From Acidobacteriaceae bacterium (GTDB taxonomy: Bacteria > Acidobacteriota > Terriglobia > Terriglobales > Acidobacteriaceae), in the NCBI GenBank assembly GCA_035510935.1, contig DATKGA010000034.1, positions 2,145 through 66,144 on the forward strand: DNA of 64,000 nucleotides. Reading direction: 5' to 3'. Below the pieces are notes generated by a model that worked only from the letters and a program-made list of their open reading frames with translations, was not told where the DNA came from and ran no database searches. How positions within the stretch are numbered: position 1 is the stretch's first letter; each line of letters starts with the position of its first letter. Both the position numbers and the translations under genes were made by a program. Shown piece after piece: positions 50,366 to 59,936 of this stretch.

Positions 50366-50746
50366 ATGGCAAAGCAGACCATCTTTTTCGGGGTTGTACT
50401 GATTGTGCTTGGAGTATGGGGATTTGTGGCCACGGGGAGCAGCCATCCGACGGCGCTGATCCCAACCTGGACCGGGTTGGCGTTGGCGGTCTCCGGCGCG
50501 CTGGCACGCACCGAGGACGCGAAGCAGCGCATGCTGTGGATGCACGTAGCGGTTACAGTGGGCCTGCTGGGATTTCTGGGAGCCGGGTCGAGGGCGATTG
50601 TGGAGTTGGTGAAGGCAAATGGCGCACAGTTGGCCTATCCGGTTGCGGTGTGGGACCAGGCGGCGATGGCGGTGATCTGCCTGGTGTTTGTGCTGCTCTG
50701 CGTGCGTTCGTTTATCACGGCGCGCAAGACACGTAACGCCGCGTAG
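50366..50746 (+). CDS. Small four-TM membrane protein, unknown function
   Basis: 126 aa with four hydrophobic segments. GGAG lies upstream of the ATG. Confidence 0.5.
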   Translation: MAKQTIFFGVVLIVLGVWGFVATGSSHPTALIPTWTGLALAVSGALARTEDAKQRMLWMHVAVTVGLLGFLGAGSRAIVELVKANGAQLAYPVAVWDQAAMAVICLVFVLLCVRSFITARKTRNAA

Positions 50747-50809
50747 CGAATGGGCAAGACTGCCTCGATCCTTCGCGCGGAGGGAGTTCCTTACGGCGTA
50801 GCACAGTTG

Positions 50810-51589
50810 CTATTGCTGCTTGTCAGGGATAGACAGAATGCGGATTGCCTCCCGCAAATAGTCCCGCACGGTAGCATCGCCCTCCATCTCTAGCTTATGA
50901 CGAAGCACATCGACCACGCCGGTTGCGTGCAGGGACCGCAGTGCCTGGATAGCGGCAATGCGCACCGTTGGGTCAATATCCGAAAGCGCGGAGACAGCCA
51001 GGGCTTGTGCCTTGTCGCTCTGCCCACGATAGTTCACCGCGGCTTCCAGTGCCAGAACCCGATTATTTGCGTCCTGATCTGTCTGCTCAATCTGCTCCAC
51101 CGCCGGATAGCAGGTGGACATCTCCTTATTGGAGACATAGCGCGCCGCATCGAGACGCGCTGTTGCGGGAACATTCAAATTTTGACAGAGGCGTTGCAAC
51201 CGGTCGAGAGCACGTTGCGAGCCAAGCCAGGTAGCGGCGCCGGCGAGGTTGACCTGGACCTGCAGATCATTCTCGTCATCCAATGCAACAAGAATAGCTG
51301 TCAGCGCCGGATGGTCGTCCATGGCCGCCAACTGCGCCGCAGCCAGGCTTCGGGCCTCGCCATCCGGGTCCTCCAACGCGGCAATCAGTGCGGCCTCGGT
51401 GAGTGCGATGTGGTGTCGCGCCAGCCCATCGGCAAAGGTCTCCACCGGCGGAAGGGGCGTTCCAGCCAGCCACATCGGCGCCAGTGGAGCGACTTGCGCC
51501 GAAGCGGCGGAAGTAGCGGCCACGGTAAGAGTCCCCGAAACCAACAGAAGTAAAAAATGCCGTGCAGTACACGCCAGACCCTTTGCCAT
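50810..51589 (-). CDS. Secreted HEAT-repeat-like protein
   Basis: Signal LLVSGTLTVAATSAASAQ. Repeated helical units contain DPDGEARSLAAAQL and DPTVRIAAIQAL, typical of HEAT/PBS-lyase-type repeats. Confidence 0.5.
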   Translation of the reverse strand: MAKGLACTARHFLLLLVSGTLTVAATSAASAQVAPLAPMWLAGTPLPPVETFADGLARHHIALTEAALIAALEDPDGEARSLAAAQLAAMDDHPALTAILVALDDENDLQVQVNLAGAATWLGSQRALDRLQRLCQNLNVPATARLDAARYVSNKEMSTCYPAVEQIEQTDQDANNRVLALEAAVNYRGQSDKAQALAVSALSDIDPTVRIAAIQALRSLHATGVVDVLRHKLEMEGDATVRDYLREAIRILSIPDKQQ

Positions 51590-51753
51590 TCGGATGATCC
51601 CTTCCCGTATATCCTACTGACGCACGGCGTGCCGATTGGTATGCCGCCGACCCTTATTATCCTGTTGAACCGTACCCATGTATCGCTGTTCAGTTGCCTG
51701 AAGCAGCGGCGGGAGTGTGGAAGCTGCGCGTAGACAGGGTACACTTATCAGAT

Positions 51754-53664
51754 ATGTCTTCTTCGTTTGGATCGCACGGCATGGGTGGCGGAATGAATTC
51801 CGCGGACCGGCCAAGCCGTGGCACTGGGCGCGCGCTGACCGCAGACCTGACAAAGAGCCGGCCCAAGCCGAAGCTGAAGAAGGTGCTTCCCGAGGTGTGG
51901 AAGCTGGCAAAGCCGCGACGCCGGTTACTGACGGGATGTTTTGCGCTCATGATTGTGAACCGGACCTGTGCGCTGGTGCTGCCGGCGTCGTTTAAGCCGC
52001 TGATCGATCTGGTGTTCTACAAGGGCAGGCTGGACCTGCTGGTGTACATCGTGGGAGCGGTGCTGGTGGCGACCCTGATTCAGGGTCTGACCTCCTATGC
52101 CCTGACGCAGTTGCTATCCACCGAGGGGCAGCGGCTGATTGCCGATCTGCGCAAGCAGGTGCAGTCGCACATTGGGCGGCTGCCGGTAACCTTCTACGAC
52201 GAAAATCGGACGGGCACGCTGGTGGCCCGCATTATGACCGACGTGGAAGGCGTGCGCAACCTGATTGGCACGGGCGTGGTGGATTTCGTTGGCGGTGTGC
52301 TGACGGCTCTGCTGGCCTTCTCGTACCTCATGTACGTCAGTGTGAGCATGACGCTGCTGGCGTTTGTGATCATGACCGCGTTCGCGCTGGTGCTGCAGCG
52401 AGCATTCAAGACCATTCGGCCGATCTTCCGCGAGCGGGCCAAGATCAATGCCGAAGTGACGGGACGGTTGACCGAATCTCTCGGCGGCGTGCGCGTGGTG
52501 AAGGGCTACCATGCCGAGGCAAGCGAGGCGCGAGTCTTCGGAGCGGGCGTGACGCGGCTGCTGAACAATGTGATCAGTTCCCTCACCGCCCAGTCGTTGA
52601 TGACCCTGTCGTCAACCGTGATCCTGGGAATCGTCGGAGCAGTGGTGATGTATCTGGGGGCTCACCTGCATGCGGCCGGAAAGCTCTCGCCTGGCAGCTA
52701 CTTCTCCTATGTGATGTTTCTGGCGTTCATGACAGCGCCGATTGTGCAACTGGTGAACATCGGCACGCAGTTGAGCGAGGCGCTGGCGGGACTGGACCGG
52801 ACGACAGAGATCATGAACGAGCACGAGGAGGACTCTGAGCCTGCGCGGACCCGTACGTTCGATGTGAACGGCGATGTCGAGTTCGAGGATGTGGTATTCG
52901 AGTACGAGAAGGGCAAGCCAGTACTGCACGGCATCAGTTTCGATTCAAAACCGGGGACAGTGACCGCTCTGGTGGGATCGTCGGGATCGGGCAAGTCGAC
53001 CATGATCAGCCTGGTCTGCGGCTTCCATACGGCGAGCTCTGGGCGGGTGCTGATCGACGGCGTGGACCTGGCGACGATCCGGCTGAGCAGCTACCGCGAG
53101 CAGCTCGGCGTGGTGCTGCAGGAGACATTCCTGTTCGACGGAACGATCCGCGAGAATGTGATGTTTTCGCGCCCTGGGGCGACCGAGGAACAATGGATGG
53201 AGGCGTGCCGGATTGCGCGCGTGGACGAGTTTGCCGAGAAGTTTCGCGACGCCTACGATACGGTGGTGGGAGAACGCGGAGTGAAGCTCTCGGGCGGCCA
53301 GCGGCAACGCATCTCGATAGCGCGCGCCATCCTGGCCGACCCGCGCATTTTGATTCTGGATGAGGCGACCAGCTCACTCGACTCTGAATCGGAGGCGATG
53401 ATTCAGGGCGGATTGAATCACTTGATGGAGGGGCGTACGACCTTTGTAATCGCCCACCGGCTTTCGACGATCCGCCGCGCGGACCAGATTCTGGTGATCG
53501 AAGGCGGCCTGATCGTGGAACGGGGCACGCATGAGTCTCTGTACCGGCTGGGCGGGCGTTACTTCGACTTGTACACACGCCAACATGGCCTGGAAGCGAA
53601 CCTGTTTCTGGCTCCCGGTGAAGGCGACAAGGTGGAAGAAGCGGAAGAGGCCAGTACGAAATAA
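51754..53664 (+). CDS. ABC transporter, fused permease/ATPase (MsbA-like exporter)
   Basis: Six-TM exporter domain. Walker A GSSGSGKST, signature LSGGQRQR and Walker B ILILDEATS. Start chosen at MSSSFG (51754). Confidence 0.88.
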   Translation: MSSSFGSHGMGGGMNSADRPSRGTGRALTADLTKSRPKPKLKKVLPEVWKLAKPRRRLLTGCFALMIVNRTCALVLPASFKPLIDLVFYKGRLDLLVYIVGAVLVATLIQGLTSYALTQLLSTEGQRLIADLRKQVQSHIGRLPVTFYDENRTGTLVARIMTDVEGVRNLIGTGVVDFVGGVLTALLAFSYLMYVSVSMTLLAFVIMTAFALVLQRAFKTIRPIFRERAKINAEVTGRLTESLGGVRVVKGYHAEASEARVFGAGVTRLLNNVISSLTAQSLMTLSSTVILGIVGAVVMYLGAHLHAAGKLSPGSYFSYVMFLAFMTAPIVQLVNIGTQLSEALAGLDRTTEIMNEHEEDSEPARTRTFDVNGDVEFEDVVFEYEKGKPVLHGISFDSKPGTVTALVGSSGSGKSTMISLVCGFHTASSGRVLIDGVDLATIRLSSYREQLGVVLQETFLFDGTIRENVMFSRPGATEEQWMEACRIARVDEFAEKFRDAYDTVVGERGVKLSGGQRQRISIARAILADPRILILDEATSSLDSESEAMIQGGLNHLMEGRTTFVIAHRLSTIRRADQILVIEGGLIVERGTHESLYRLGGRYFDLYTRQHGLEANLFLAPGEGDKVEEAEEASTK

Positions 53665-53702
53665 GTGCTCTGAGCAAATAGGGTAAGTAACGGGACATTG
53701 CG

Positions 53703-54716
53703 ATGCCGCGAGTTGCCTACGACGATCTGATCCAAGCGCTGCAGCGGGCGACGCTGCATCTCGGTCTGAGGGGCGAGCGCGCCGCACTCTGTGCACGGCT
53801 GTTTGCCGAGACAACGCGCGACGGCGTCTATACCCATGGGCTCAATCGCTTTCCGCGTTTCGCCGCGATGGTTGCTAACGGCTGCATCGACGTGGCTGCC
53901 AAGCCGACGCGTGTGGCGGACGCCGGGGCGCTGGAGCGCTGGGAGGGGCATCTCGGCCCCGGAAACCTGAACGCCTACGTGGCCATGGAGCGCGCTATCG
54001 AGCTTGCACACGAGCATGGGTTGGGCGGAGTTGCGATGGCCAACACTAACCACTGGATGCGCGGCGGCAGCTACGGCTGGCTAGCGGCGGAGCGCGGCGT
54101 CTTTGCCGTGTGCTGGACCAACACGCTGCCCAACCTGCCCGCCTGGGGCACAGCTACACCCACACTGGGCAACAATCCGCTGGTGGTCGCCATTCCGCGC
54201 CCTGAGGGAGCACACGTTGTGCTCGACATGGCGGTCTCGCAGTTCTCCTACGGGTCCATCTCCGCCTACGCCGCGCGCGGGGAGCAACTGCCGGTACCTG
54301 GAGGATTCGACGCAGCAGGCAATCTGACCACCGATCCAACTGTTATCGAAACCACAAAGCGCGCGCTGCCCATCGGCTACTGGAAGGGTTCCGGCCTCTC
54401 GCTGGTTCTTGATATGCTTGCAGCGATGCTATCGGGCGGCAACTCCACTCATCAGCTTCCCCGCGATCCAGAGCGCGAATCCGGGATGAGCCAGATTTTT
54501 CTTGCCATTGACCCTTCCAGCTTCGCGGACCAATCCGAGCTCGATCGCATCGCCAACGGAATACTGGAATCACTTGGAACGGCGGTCCCACTGGATCCCA
54601 AGCGCCCCGTGCGTTACCCCGGTCAACAGACGCTGCGACTGCGCGAAGAGAACCTTCGCCTGGGAGTTCCAGTCGATACGGCGGTGTGGGACAGACTGCT
54701 TGCGCTGTCGTTTTAG
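53703..54716 (+). CDS. Ldh2-family oxidoreductase, YiaK/DlgD-like (2,3-diketo-L-gulonate reductase family)
   Basis: The N-terminal region with DGVYTHGLNRFPRF closely parallels my recollection of E. coli YiaK (SGVYSHGVNRFPRF). Length 337 aa. Confidence 0.75.
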   Translation: MPRVAYDDLIQALQRATLHLGLRGERAALCARLFAETTRDGVYTHGLNRFPRFAAMVANGCIDVAAKPTRVADAGALERWEGHLGPGNLNAYVAMERAIELAHEHGLGGVAMANTNHWMRGGSYGWLAAERGVFAVCWTNTLPNLPAWGTATPTLGNNPLVVAIPRPEGAHVVLDMAVSQFSYGSISAYAARGEQLPVPGGFDAAGNLTTDPTVIETTKRALPIGYWKGSGLSLVLDMLAAMLSGGNSTHQLPRDPERESGMSQIFLAIDPSSFADQSELDRIANGILESLGTAVPLDPKRPVRYPGQQTLRLREENLRLGVPVDTAVWDRLLALSF

Positions 54717-55187
54717 GGTCAGCGAGCAGGCGAAGACCGGGAGGCCTGGACGCGGAACTAGCGGGATTCTACATATACTGACGCTGCCAGAACCGGATGG
54801 GCCTGGGGCGGCGTGGGCTTGTTGATCTGTGCTGCGCGCGGGACAATTTCCATTTTGCTGAAGTTGAACGCCATGCCGGCCACGCTGCATGGAGTGCGGT
54901 GCGGCGACGGCAGACTACATAGATCCACATACGATTCCACGGGCCGGAATCGAATCATCGGAGATCCTTTTCAAACCGCTGCGTATGTGTGTCGATGCTG
55001 TGGCGCGACAGCCCTTTATCTGACAACACCATGGTATGGAACGGCTGGTAAACCATTGCGGACAGCTCCAGTGCAAACGGTTGAATTACTTCCCGCCACC
55101 ATGATTCACCCTGGAACAGCAACAGACCATAGCACTAGCTCGCTAAGGGATGCAGCGCAAGTTGTATTCACGGAGTGCGACGACGGG

Positions 55188-55583
55188 TTATACCACCGGC
55201 TGTGTGCAGAACTTGCAGCGACGGGCCGGCAGGGGAATCTCGGAGAGGCACTCGGCGCAGGTCCTGGTGGTTGGCGCGGCGGGCTTCCTGATCCTGGCAA
55301 GAAAATAGTTTACCGGCAGCACCAGCAGAAAGTAGACCACCGAGGCCTGAATGAGGAAGTCGATGACCGCGGTGAGAAAGCTGCCGTAGCCGACCTTGCC
55401 TCCGTGCAGGGTGAGGAAGAGATAAGAGAAGTCCGGCTTGCCCACGATGGCGCCGATCAGCGGGCTAATGATGTCGGTGGTAAAGGCGGTGATGATCTTT
55501 CCGAAGGCAGCGCCGATGATGACGGCGACCGCTAGATCGACCACGTTGCCGCGCAGGATGAAGTCGCGAAATCCCTTGAGCAT
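55188..55583 (-). CDS. mscL: Large-conductance mechanosensitive channel with C-terminal CxxC...CxxC tail
   Basis: MLKGFRDFILRGNVVDLAVAVIIGAAFGKII is the canonical MscL TM1. The C-terminus is TCAECLSEIPLPARRCKFCTQ. Confidence 0.92.
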   Translation of the reverse strand: MLKGFRDFILRGNVVDLAVAVIIGAAFGKIITAFTTDIISPLIGAIVGKPDFSYLFLTLHGGKVGYGSFLTAVIDFLIQASVVYFLLVLPVNYFLARIRKPAAPTTRTCAECLSEIPLPARRCKFCTQPVV

Positions 55584-55747
55584 GGATGACTCCTAGGTTG
55601 AGATAAGCAGGGGTGAGTATAGCGCACAAAAAAGAGAGGTGGTGGTAACTCGGACTAAATTCAACCGAAGATTCTTCGACTCTGTTTGGCGCAAGGATGA
55701 GCCAACCCCTGCTCAGGATGACAGTATTGTAGGGGGTGCGCGGCGGA

Positions 55748-57826
55748 TCAGTTGTCGGCGCGGGCACATTTGTAGGGGGATGCAAGGCGGGCGCGAGCTT
55801 CGTTGATGGCACCCTGGGTGTTGTCGTTGGTCTGGACACCGAGGCGATACTCGTTGACGGCGCGCTCCCTTTGGCCGGTGCAGTCGAAGATATAACCCAG
55901 GTGAATGTGGCTCCATACCTCGGTCCATCGCGGGTCGTCGTCTCCGCGCAGGGCGTCGCGGAAGCTGTTGGCGGAGGCCTGATAATTGTGCTGCAGGAAG
56001 AAAACCTCTGCGATGCGGTAGGCGGCCAGCGAACTGGATTTATTTTCGTCGAGCGCCTTCTGATACTCGGCGAGCGCGCCGTTCAGGTCGCCCTGCGCGA
56101 CCAACTGCTGGCCACGCAGCACGGCTACGCGGATGGCAAGGTCGGGCGTGCTCTTGAGCAGCCAGTTCTCCGGGTCGATGGAGATGCGGCGCGGGCGGCC
56201 GAAGGTCTCGACGGTATAGGAGGAGTCGGTTCCGGCGACATCGATGCGGCGGTCCTCGGTTTTGCCGTCGGTCTCGATGCGCAGTTCCACCGGCATGCGG
56301 AAGAGGTCGAGGTCTTCGCTGATGGAGCCGACCGTGCGGAAGCCCTTGTTGTTGCCCAAGCGGTAGACGGAGTATTTATCGGCGAAGGCGGGCGCGCCGG
56401 TGCCATCGATCCACTGGGAGAAGAACGGCGTGAGTTCCAGGTGGGAGCCCTCGTTGTTTGCTCCGTTGATGGTTTGCGCCTCGGCGGCGGTCTCGACCTC
56501 GGAACTGCGGATGCTCTTGCCGGTGTATTGCGAGAGCAGACCGCGCAGGAAGCTCTGGAAGGCGTCGTCGCCCATCTGCCAACGAAGCATGTGGAAGACC
56601 ATCGCACCTTTTTCCAGGGTCATGGACTGGAACTGCGGCGAGAAGGGATCGAGGCGGCCAAGCGTGCTGAGCGGCTCGGTATCGTAGGCCAGCGCGCCAG
56701 CGGAGACATCGCCTATGGCGGTCTGGAAGGCGTTCTTGCCGGCGGAGTCTTCCAGGTACATCAGTTCGCCGTAGCGGCTCATGCCGTTGGTGATCCATGC
56801 GTCGTTGAGCGTTTCGGGCGAGACCTCGGAACCCCACCACTGGTGGGCCAGGGTATTGGCGAGCAGCCGCTGCGAGTTGCGATCGACGATGCGGTTGCCG
56901 GCAATGCAGGCCATCTCCGGCGCCCATGAGGCGGAGACGGCGTCCTCGGGCAGCTCAACGATGTTGATGCGGCCGGACTCGGGCTGGCCAAAGAGGTTCG
57001 TCATAAATTCGAACTCTCGTCCGGCGAGGGCGGCAAAGTCCGGGGCGCCTTCCTTGCGCTTTTCGGTGACATATACGTGGATGTTGCTGATGCCGGAGGC
57101 TGTGATGGGGGGCAAAAACTTGCCGGCAACGATGGTCCCGGGAAATCCAGGCTTCGACCAGGCGAAGCTGAACTCGCTTCGCCCGTCGGACAGCGTCTTT
57201 TTGGACGGGGCCCCACTGCCGACGGCGGTGTACTCGGCGGGTACGCGGATATGCATCTCCGCGGTGAAGCGGTCTGTGAAGAGTCCGGTCATGGGAAACC
57301 AGCGGCCAGGATAGAGCAAGATGCTGATGGGGTCGGCGATGGCGGCCAGCTTGATGCCGTCGACCGGACTGGTGTCGGAGCCGGTGAGCGTTCCTGAATA
57401 GGTGAAGTGGAAGGTGTTGCTGGAGCCTTTGGGCAGCGGCGTGGGCAGCGTGACGCGCACGGTAAAGTTGGAGGCCAGCCGTTCTGAGTTGAGCGCGGCA
57501 CCGGAGTTGTTGGTGAGCGATGTAACATTGAGGCCGTTATTCAGCTCGAAGCTGGCGCTTGTGAGGTCTTCCAGGGCGGTGAAGGTGACATCGGCTGTGG
57601 CTGCCAGCTTGCCATTGGAGGGGTCGAGGTCCGCGTTGATCACGTATCCCGTGATATTGAGCAGCGGGCGGACGGGCGCTGCAGACGCGGGCAGCGAAAG
57701 CACGCAGACGGCCAGCAAGACGGCGGCGAGGGCGCACAGGCTGGGCGTCTGGAAGAGCGCGGCGCAATGGATTCGCGGAAGGATTCCAAGCCGGGTTCGG
57801 GGTCTGATTTGCGGGCTGGCGGACAT
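55748..57826 (-). CDS. Secreted M1-peptidase-fold protein with degenerate active site and C-terminal TPR region (probable pseudo-peptidase)
   Basis: It has M1-family architecture and conserved framework (LAHQWWG, EKGAMVFHML). However, HExxH reads NTLAH, the distal Glu ligand context WLNEG reads WITNG, and the catalytic Tyr context YEKGA reads LEKGA. The signal peptide ends SLPASAAP. The C-terminus has TPR-like repeats. Start chosen at MSASPQ (57826). Confidence 0.8.
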   Translation of the reverse strand: MSASPQIRPRTRLGILPRIHCAALFQTPSLCALAAVLLAVCVLSLPASAAPVRPLLNITGYVINADLDPSNGKLAATADVTFTALEDLTSASFELNNGLNVTSLTNNSGAALNSERLASNFTVRVTLPTPLPKGSSNTFHFTYSGTLTGSDTSPVDGIKLAAIADPISILLYPGRWFPMTGLFTDRFTAEMHIRVPAEYTAVGSGAPSKKTLSDGRSEFSFAWSKPGFPGTIVAGKFLPPITASGISNIHVYVTEKRKEGAPDFAALAGREFEFMTNLFGQPESGRINIVELPEDAVSASWAPEMACIAGNRIVDRNSQRLLANTLAHQWWGSEVSPETLNDAWITNGMSRYGELMYLEDSAGKNAFQTAIGDVSAGALAYDTEPLSTLGRLDPFSPQFQSMTLEKGAMVFHMLRWQMGDDAFQSFLRGLLSQYTGKSIRSSEVETAAEAQTINGANNEGSHLELTPFFSQWIDGTGAPAFADKYSVYRLGNNKGFRTVGSISEDLDLFRMPVELRIETDGKTEDRRIDVAGTDSSYTVETFGRPRRISIDPENWLLKSTPDLAIRVAVLRGQQLVAQGDLNGALAEYQKALDENKSSSLAAYRIAEVFFLQHNYQASANSFRDALRGDDDPRWTEVWSHIHLGYIFDCTGQRERAVNEYRLGVQTNDNTQGAINEARARLASPYKCARADN

Positions 57827-57941
57827 GCGTGCGTGATTCCTCAGATATAGTTCAAGCTTAAATGAAATGGTAAACAGTTTGCGCCATTCTGGAGATAGGA
57901 TGCAGCAGCCATGAGGCTGGCACTTGATGAGACCCAATAGG

Positions 57942-59210
57942 TTAGACGTTTGTTGCGGCGGTTCGGTGTACGTCTGAAGAGGTAGCCAGCAGAAGCTCGA
58001 CGACTGCGTCGGAGACGCGAAGGAGAGGGTCGGCGGTTTGTCCTGTCTGGGCGGGGGTGGGCAGCAACCGGGTGCGGGCCTCGGCGAGGTCTGCGATCAT
58101 CTGGCGGCGGGCTGGCGTGTCGTCGAGCATGGGGCGTAGTGCGTCGGCGAGCGCGTCGGCGGTAAAGCGGCGGTTGAGCAGCTCGGGAACAATGCGCCGG
58201 CCAGCGATGAGGTTGGGCATGGCGATGGGCAGGTTGCCGTCGGCGTCGCGCGGGGCGGGAATCTCCGCGGGGTAGCGGATGAGGCGTTTGGCCAGCGCAA
58301 AGGTGAGCGCGGAGACGCGATAGACCACGACGAAGGGATTGCCGATGGTAAGCGCCTGCACTGTGGCAGTGCCACTGGCGACGACGGAGGCCCGCGCGTG
58401 GTGCAGGGCTTCGCGCGCGTCTGGAACGAGGTGGATGGACGGAGTAGCACCGTGACCACCCTTCTTCAGTGCCGAAACGAGATCCTGAACTCTCCCAATA
58501 TCCAGCGTTGAAGCTACGGGCAAGAGAAATTCATAGTTGCCACCGAGCATGTTTGCAGCCCGGATCATGATGGGAAGGTTCGATTCAACCTCCTTCCAGC
58601 GGCTGCCGGGGAGTAGGGCGATCCATATTTTTGAGGGATCGACGCTGTTCTGGGCCGAGTATTCTTCGCGAGAGCTGTTGGGCAGCGGGAGCGCGGCCAG
58701 TGGGTGGCCGACGAACTCGGTATGGACTCCGCGGGCCCGGTAGAAAGAGGCCTCGAAGGGGAAGATGACCATCATGCTGTCGACAAGCTGCTGCACCTGG
58801 CGCAAGCGGCCGCGCTTCCACGCCCACAGTTGCGGGCTGACGAACCATAGCACGGGAATGCCAAGGCGTTTGAGATGGCGCGCGAGGCGGAGGTTGACCT
58901 CGGGAAAGTCGATGAGGATGGCAACGGCGGGCCGCTCGCGCTGAATTGCCGCGACCAGCTTGCGGTACTGCGAGTAGATGTAAGGTGCGTGGCGGATGAC
59001 CTCGGTGAAGCCCATGTGGGCGACATCCTCGGCGCGGACGATGCGTTCGAGGCCTGCGTCGGACATTGCGATTCCGCCAAGACCGGCGAAACTGGCCTCG
59101 GGCATCCGCGCACGCAGATTGGAGATGATGCCCGCTCCATAGTGGTCGCCCGAGGCTTCACCGGCGGAGAGAAAGATGCGCGGATTGGAGTGGGTAGCGA
59201 TGGTTATGAG
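57942..59210 (-). CDS. lpxB: Lipid-A-disaccharide synthase (5-prime end unresolved)
   Basis: IFLSAGEASGDHYGAGII... matches the LpxB N-terminal motif (GE.SGD) and the rest is colinear with LpxB. There is no in-frame ATG/GTG/TTG between the conserved motif and position 59378, so the start coordinate is approximate. Confidence 0.8.
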   Translation of the reverse strand, partial: LITIATHSNPRIFLSAGEASGDHYGAGIISNLRARMPEASFAGLGGIAMSDAGLERIVRAEDVAHMGFTEVIRHAPYIYSQYRKLVAAIQRERPAVAILIDFPEVNLRLARHLKRLGIPVLWFVSPQLWAWKRGRLRQVQQLVDSMMVIFPFEASFYRARGVHTEFVGHPLAALPLPNSSREEYSAQNSVDPSKIWIALLPGSRWKEVESNLPIMIRAANMLGGNYEFLLPVASTLDIGRVQDLVSALKKGGHGATPSIHLVPDAREALHHARASVVASGTATVQALTIGNPFVVVYRVSALTFALAKRLIRYPAEIPAPRDADGNLPIAMPNLIAGRRIVPELLNRRFTADALADALRPMLDDTPARRQMIADLAEARTRLLPTPAQTGQTADPLLRVSDAVVELLLATSSDVHRTAATNV

Positions 59211-59270
59211 TTTAGCGCGCCCATGACGTGCTGCGCCTTCGGGGTACGATACAGACGTAGGGGAGGGGTT

Positions 59271-59936
59271 GTGGCGGACCGTGCAAAGCGATTTGAGGCG
59301 GTGTTGGAGCCGTTGGGCGATGGCCTGGGGTGGGTGGTCGCATGGCTGCCGTTCGATGCGGCGAAGGCGTGGAAGAAAATGGTCCGGCAACGCGTGACGG
59401 TTGAGGTGGGAGGCGCGCAGTTTCGTACATCGCTCTTTGCGGGTGCGCGGCGTGCTGGACAATTTGTGCTGGTCAATAAGAAGATGCAACTGGCAGCAGG
59501 CGCGCGGGTGGGAGACAGGGTGGAGTTTGCGATCATGCCAGACCTGGAGCCGCGCGAGGCGGAGTTGCCGGACGAGCTGGCCGTGCTGCTGGAAGATGAA
59601 CCGGGGCTGCGCGAGTGGTACGACGGGCTGACGGAGTACATGCGGCGCGAGATTGGCAAGTGGGTGATGGAGCCAAGCAGCGAAGCAGCGCGGTTGCGGC
59701 GCGCAGAGCAGATGGCGGAGCGCCTGCTGGCGACGATGGAGGGCGAATGCGAACTGCCTCCGGTGATTGCAGCGGCGTTTCGAATGAGGCCAAGGGCGCG
59801 TGTGGGGTGGGGTAAGATGACCGGCACGCAGCGGCGCAACGCGTTGATGGCGGTCTTTTACTACCAGACTCCAGAGGCGAGGCAGAAACGCGTGGAGAAG
59901 ATGTGCGATGAGGCAGAGAAGCGCGCTAAAGCCTAA
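59271..59936 (+). CDS. DUF1905 / YdeI (OmpD-associated) family protein
   Basis: FEAVLEPLGDGLGWVVAWLPFDAAKAWKK...VTVEVGG..FRTSL (DUF1905-like), followed by a YdeI-like C-terminus (PDELAVLLEDEPGLREWYDGLTEYMRREIGKWV). The GTG at 59271 is preceded by GGGGAGGGG. Confidence 0.65.
   Translation: MADRAKRFEAVLEPLGDGLGWVVAWLPFDAAKAWKKMVRQRVTVEVGGAQFRTSLFAGARRAGQFVLVNKKMQLAAGARVGDRVEFAIMPDLEPREAELPDELAVLLEDEPGLREWYDGLTEYMRREIGKWVMEPSSEAARLRRAEQMAERLLATMEGECELPPVIAAAFRMRPRARVGWGKMTGTQRRNALMAVFYYQTPEARQKRVEKMCDEAEKRAKA

Noticed and set aside
54813-55535. 240-aa plus-strand ORF spanning the unassigned region and running antisense into mscL.
   Set aside because: The C-terminal third overlaps the highly credible mscL gene on the opposite strand. 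The remainder has no motifs, no RBS and an odd composition.
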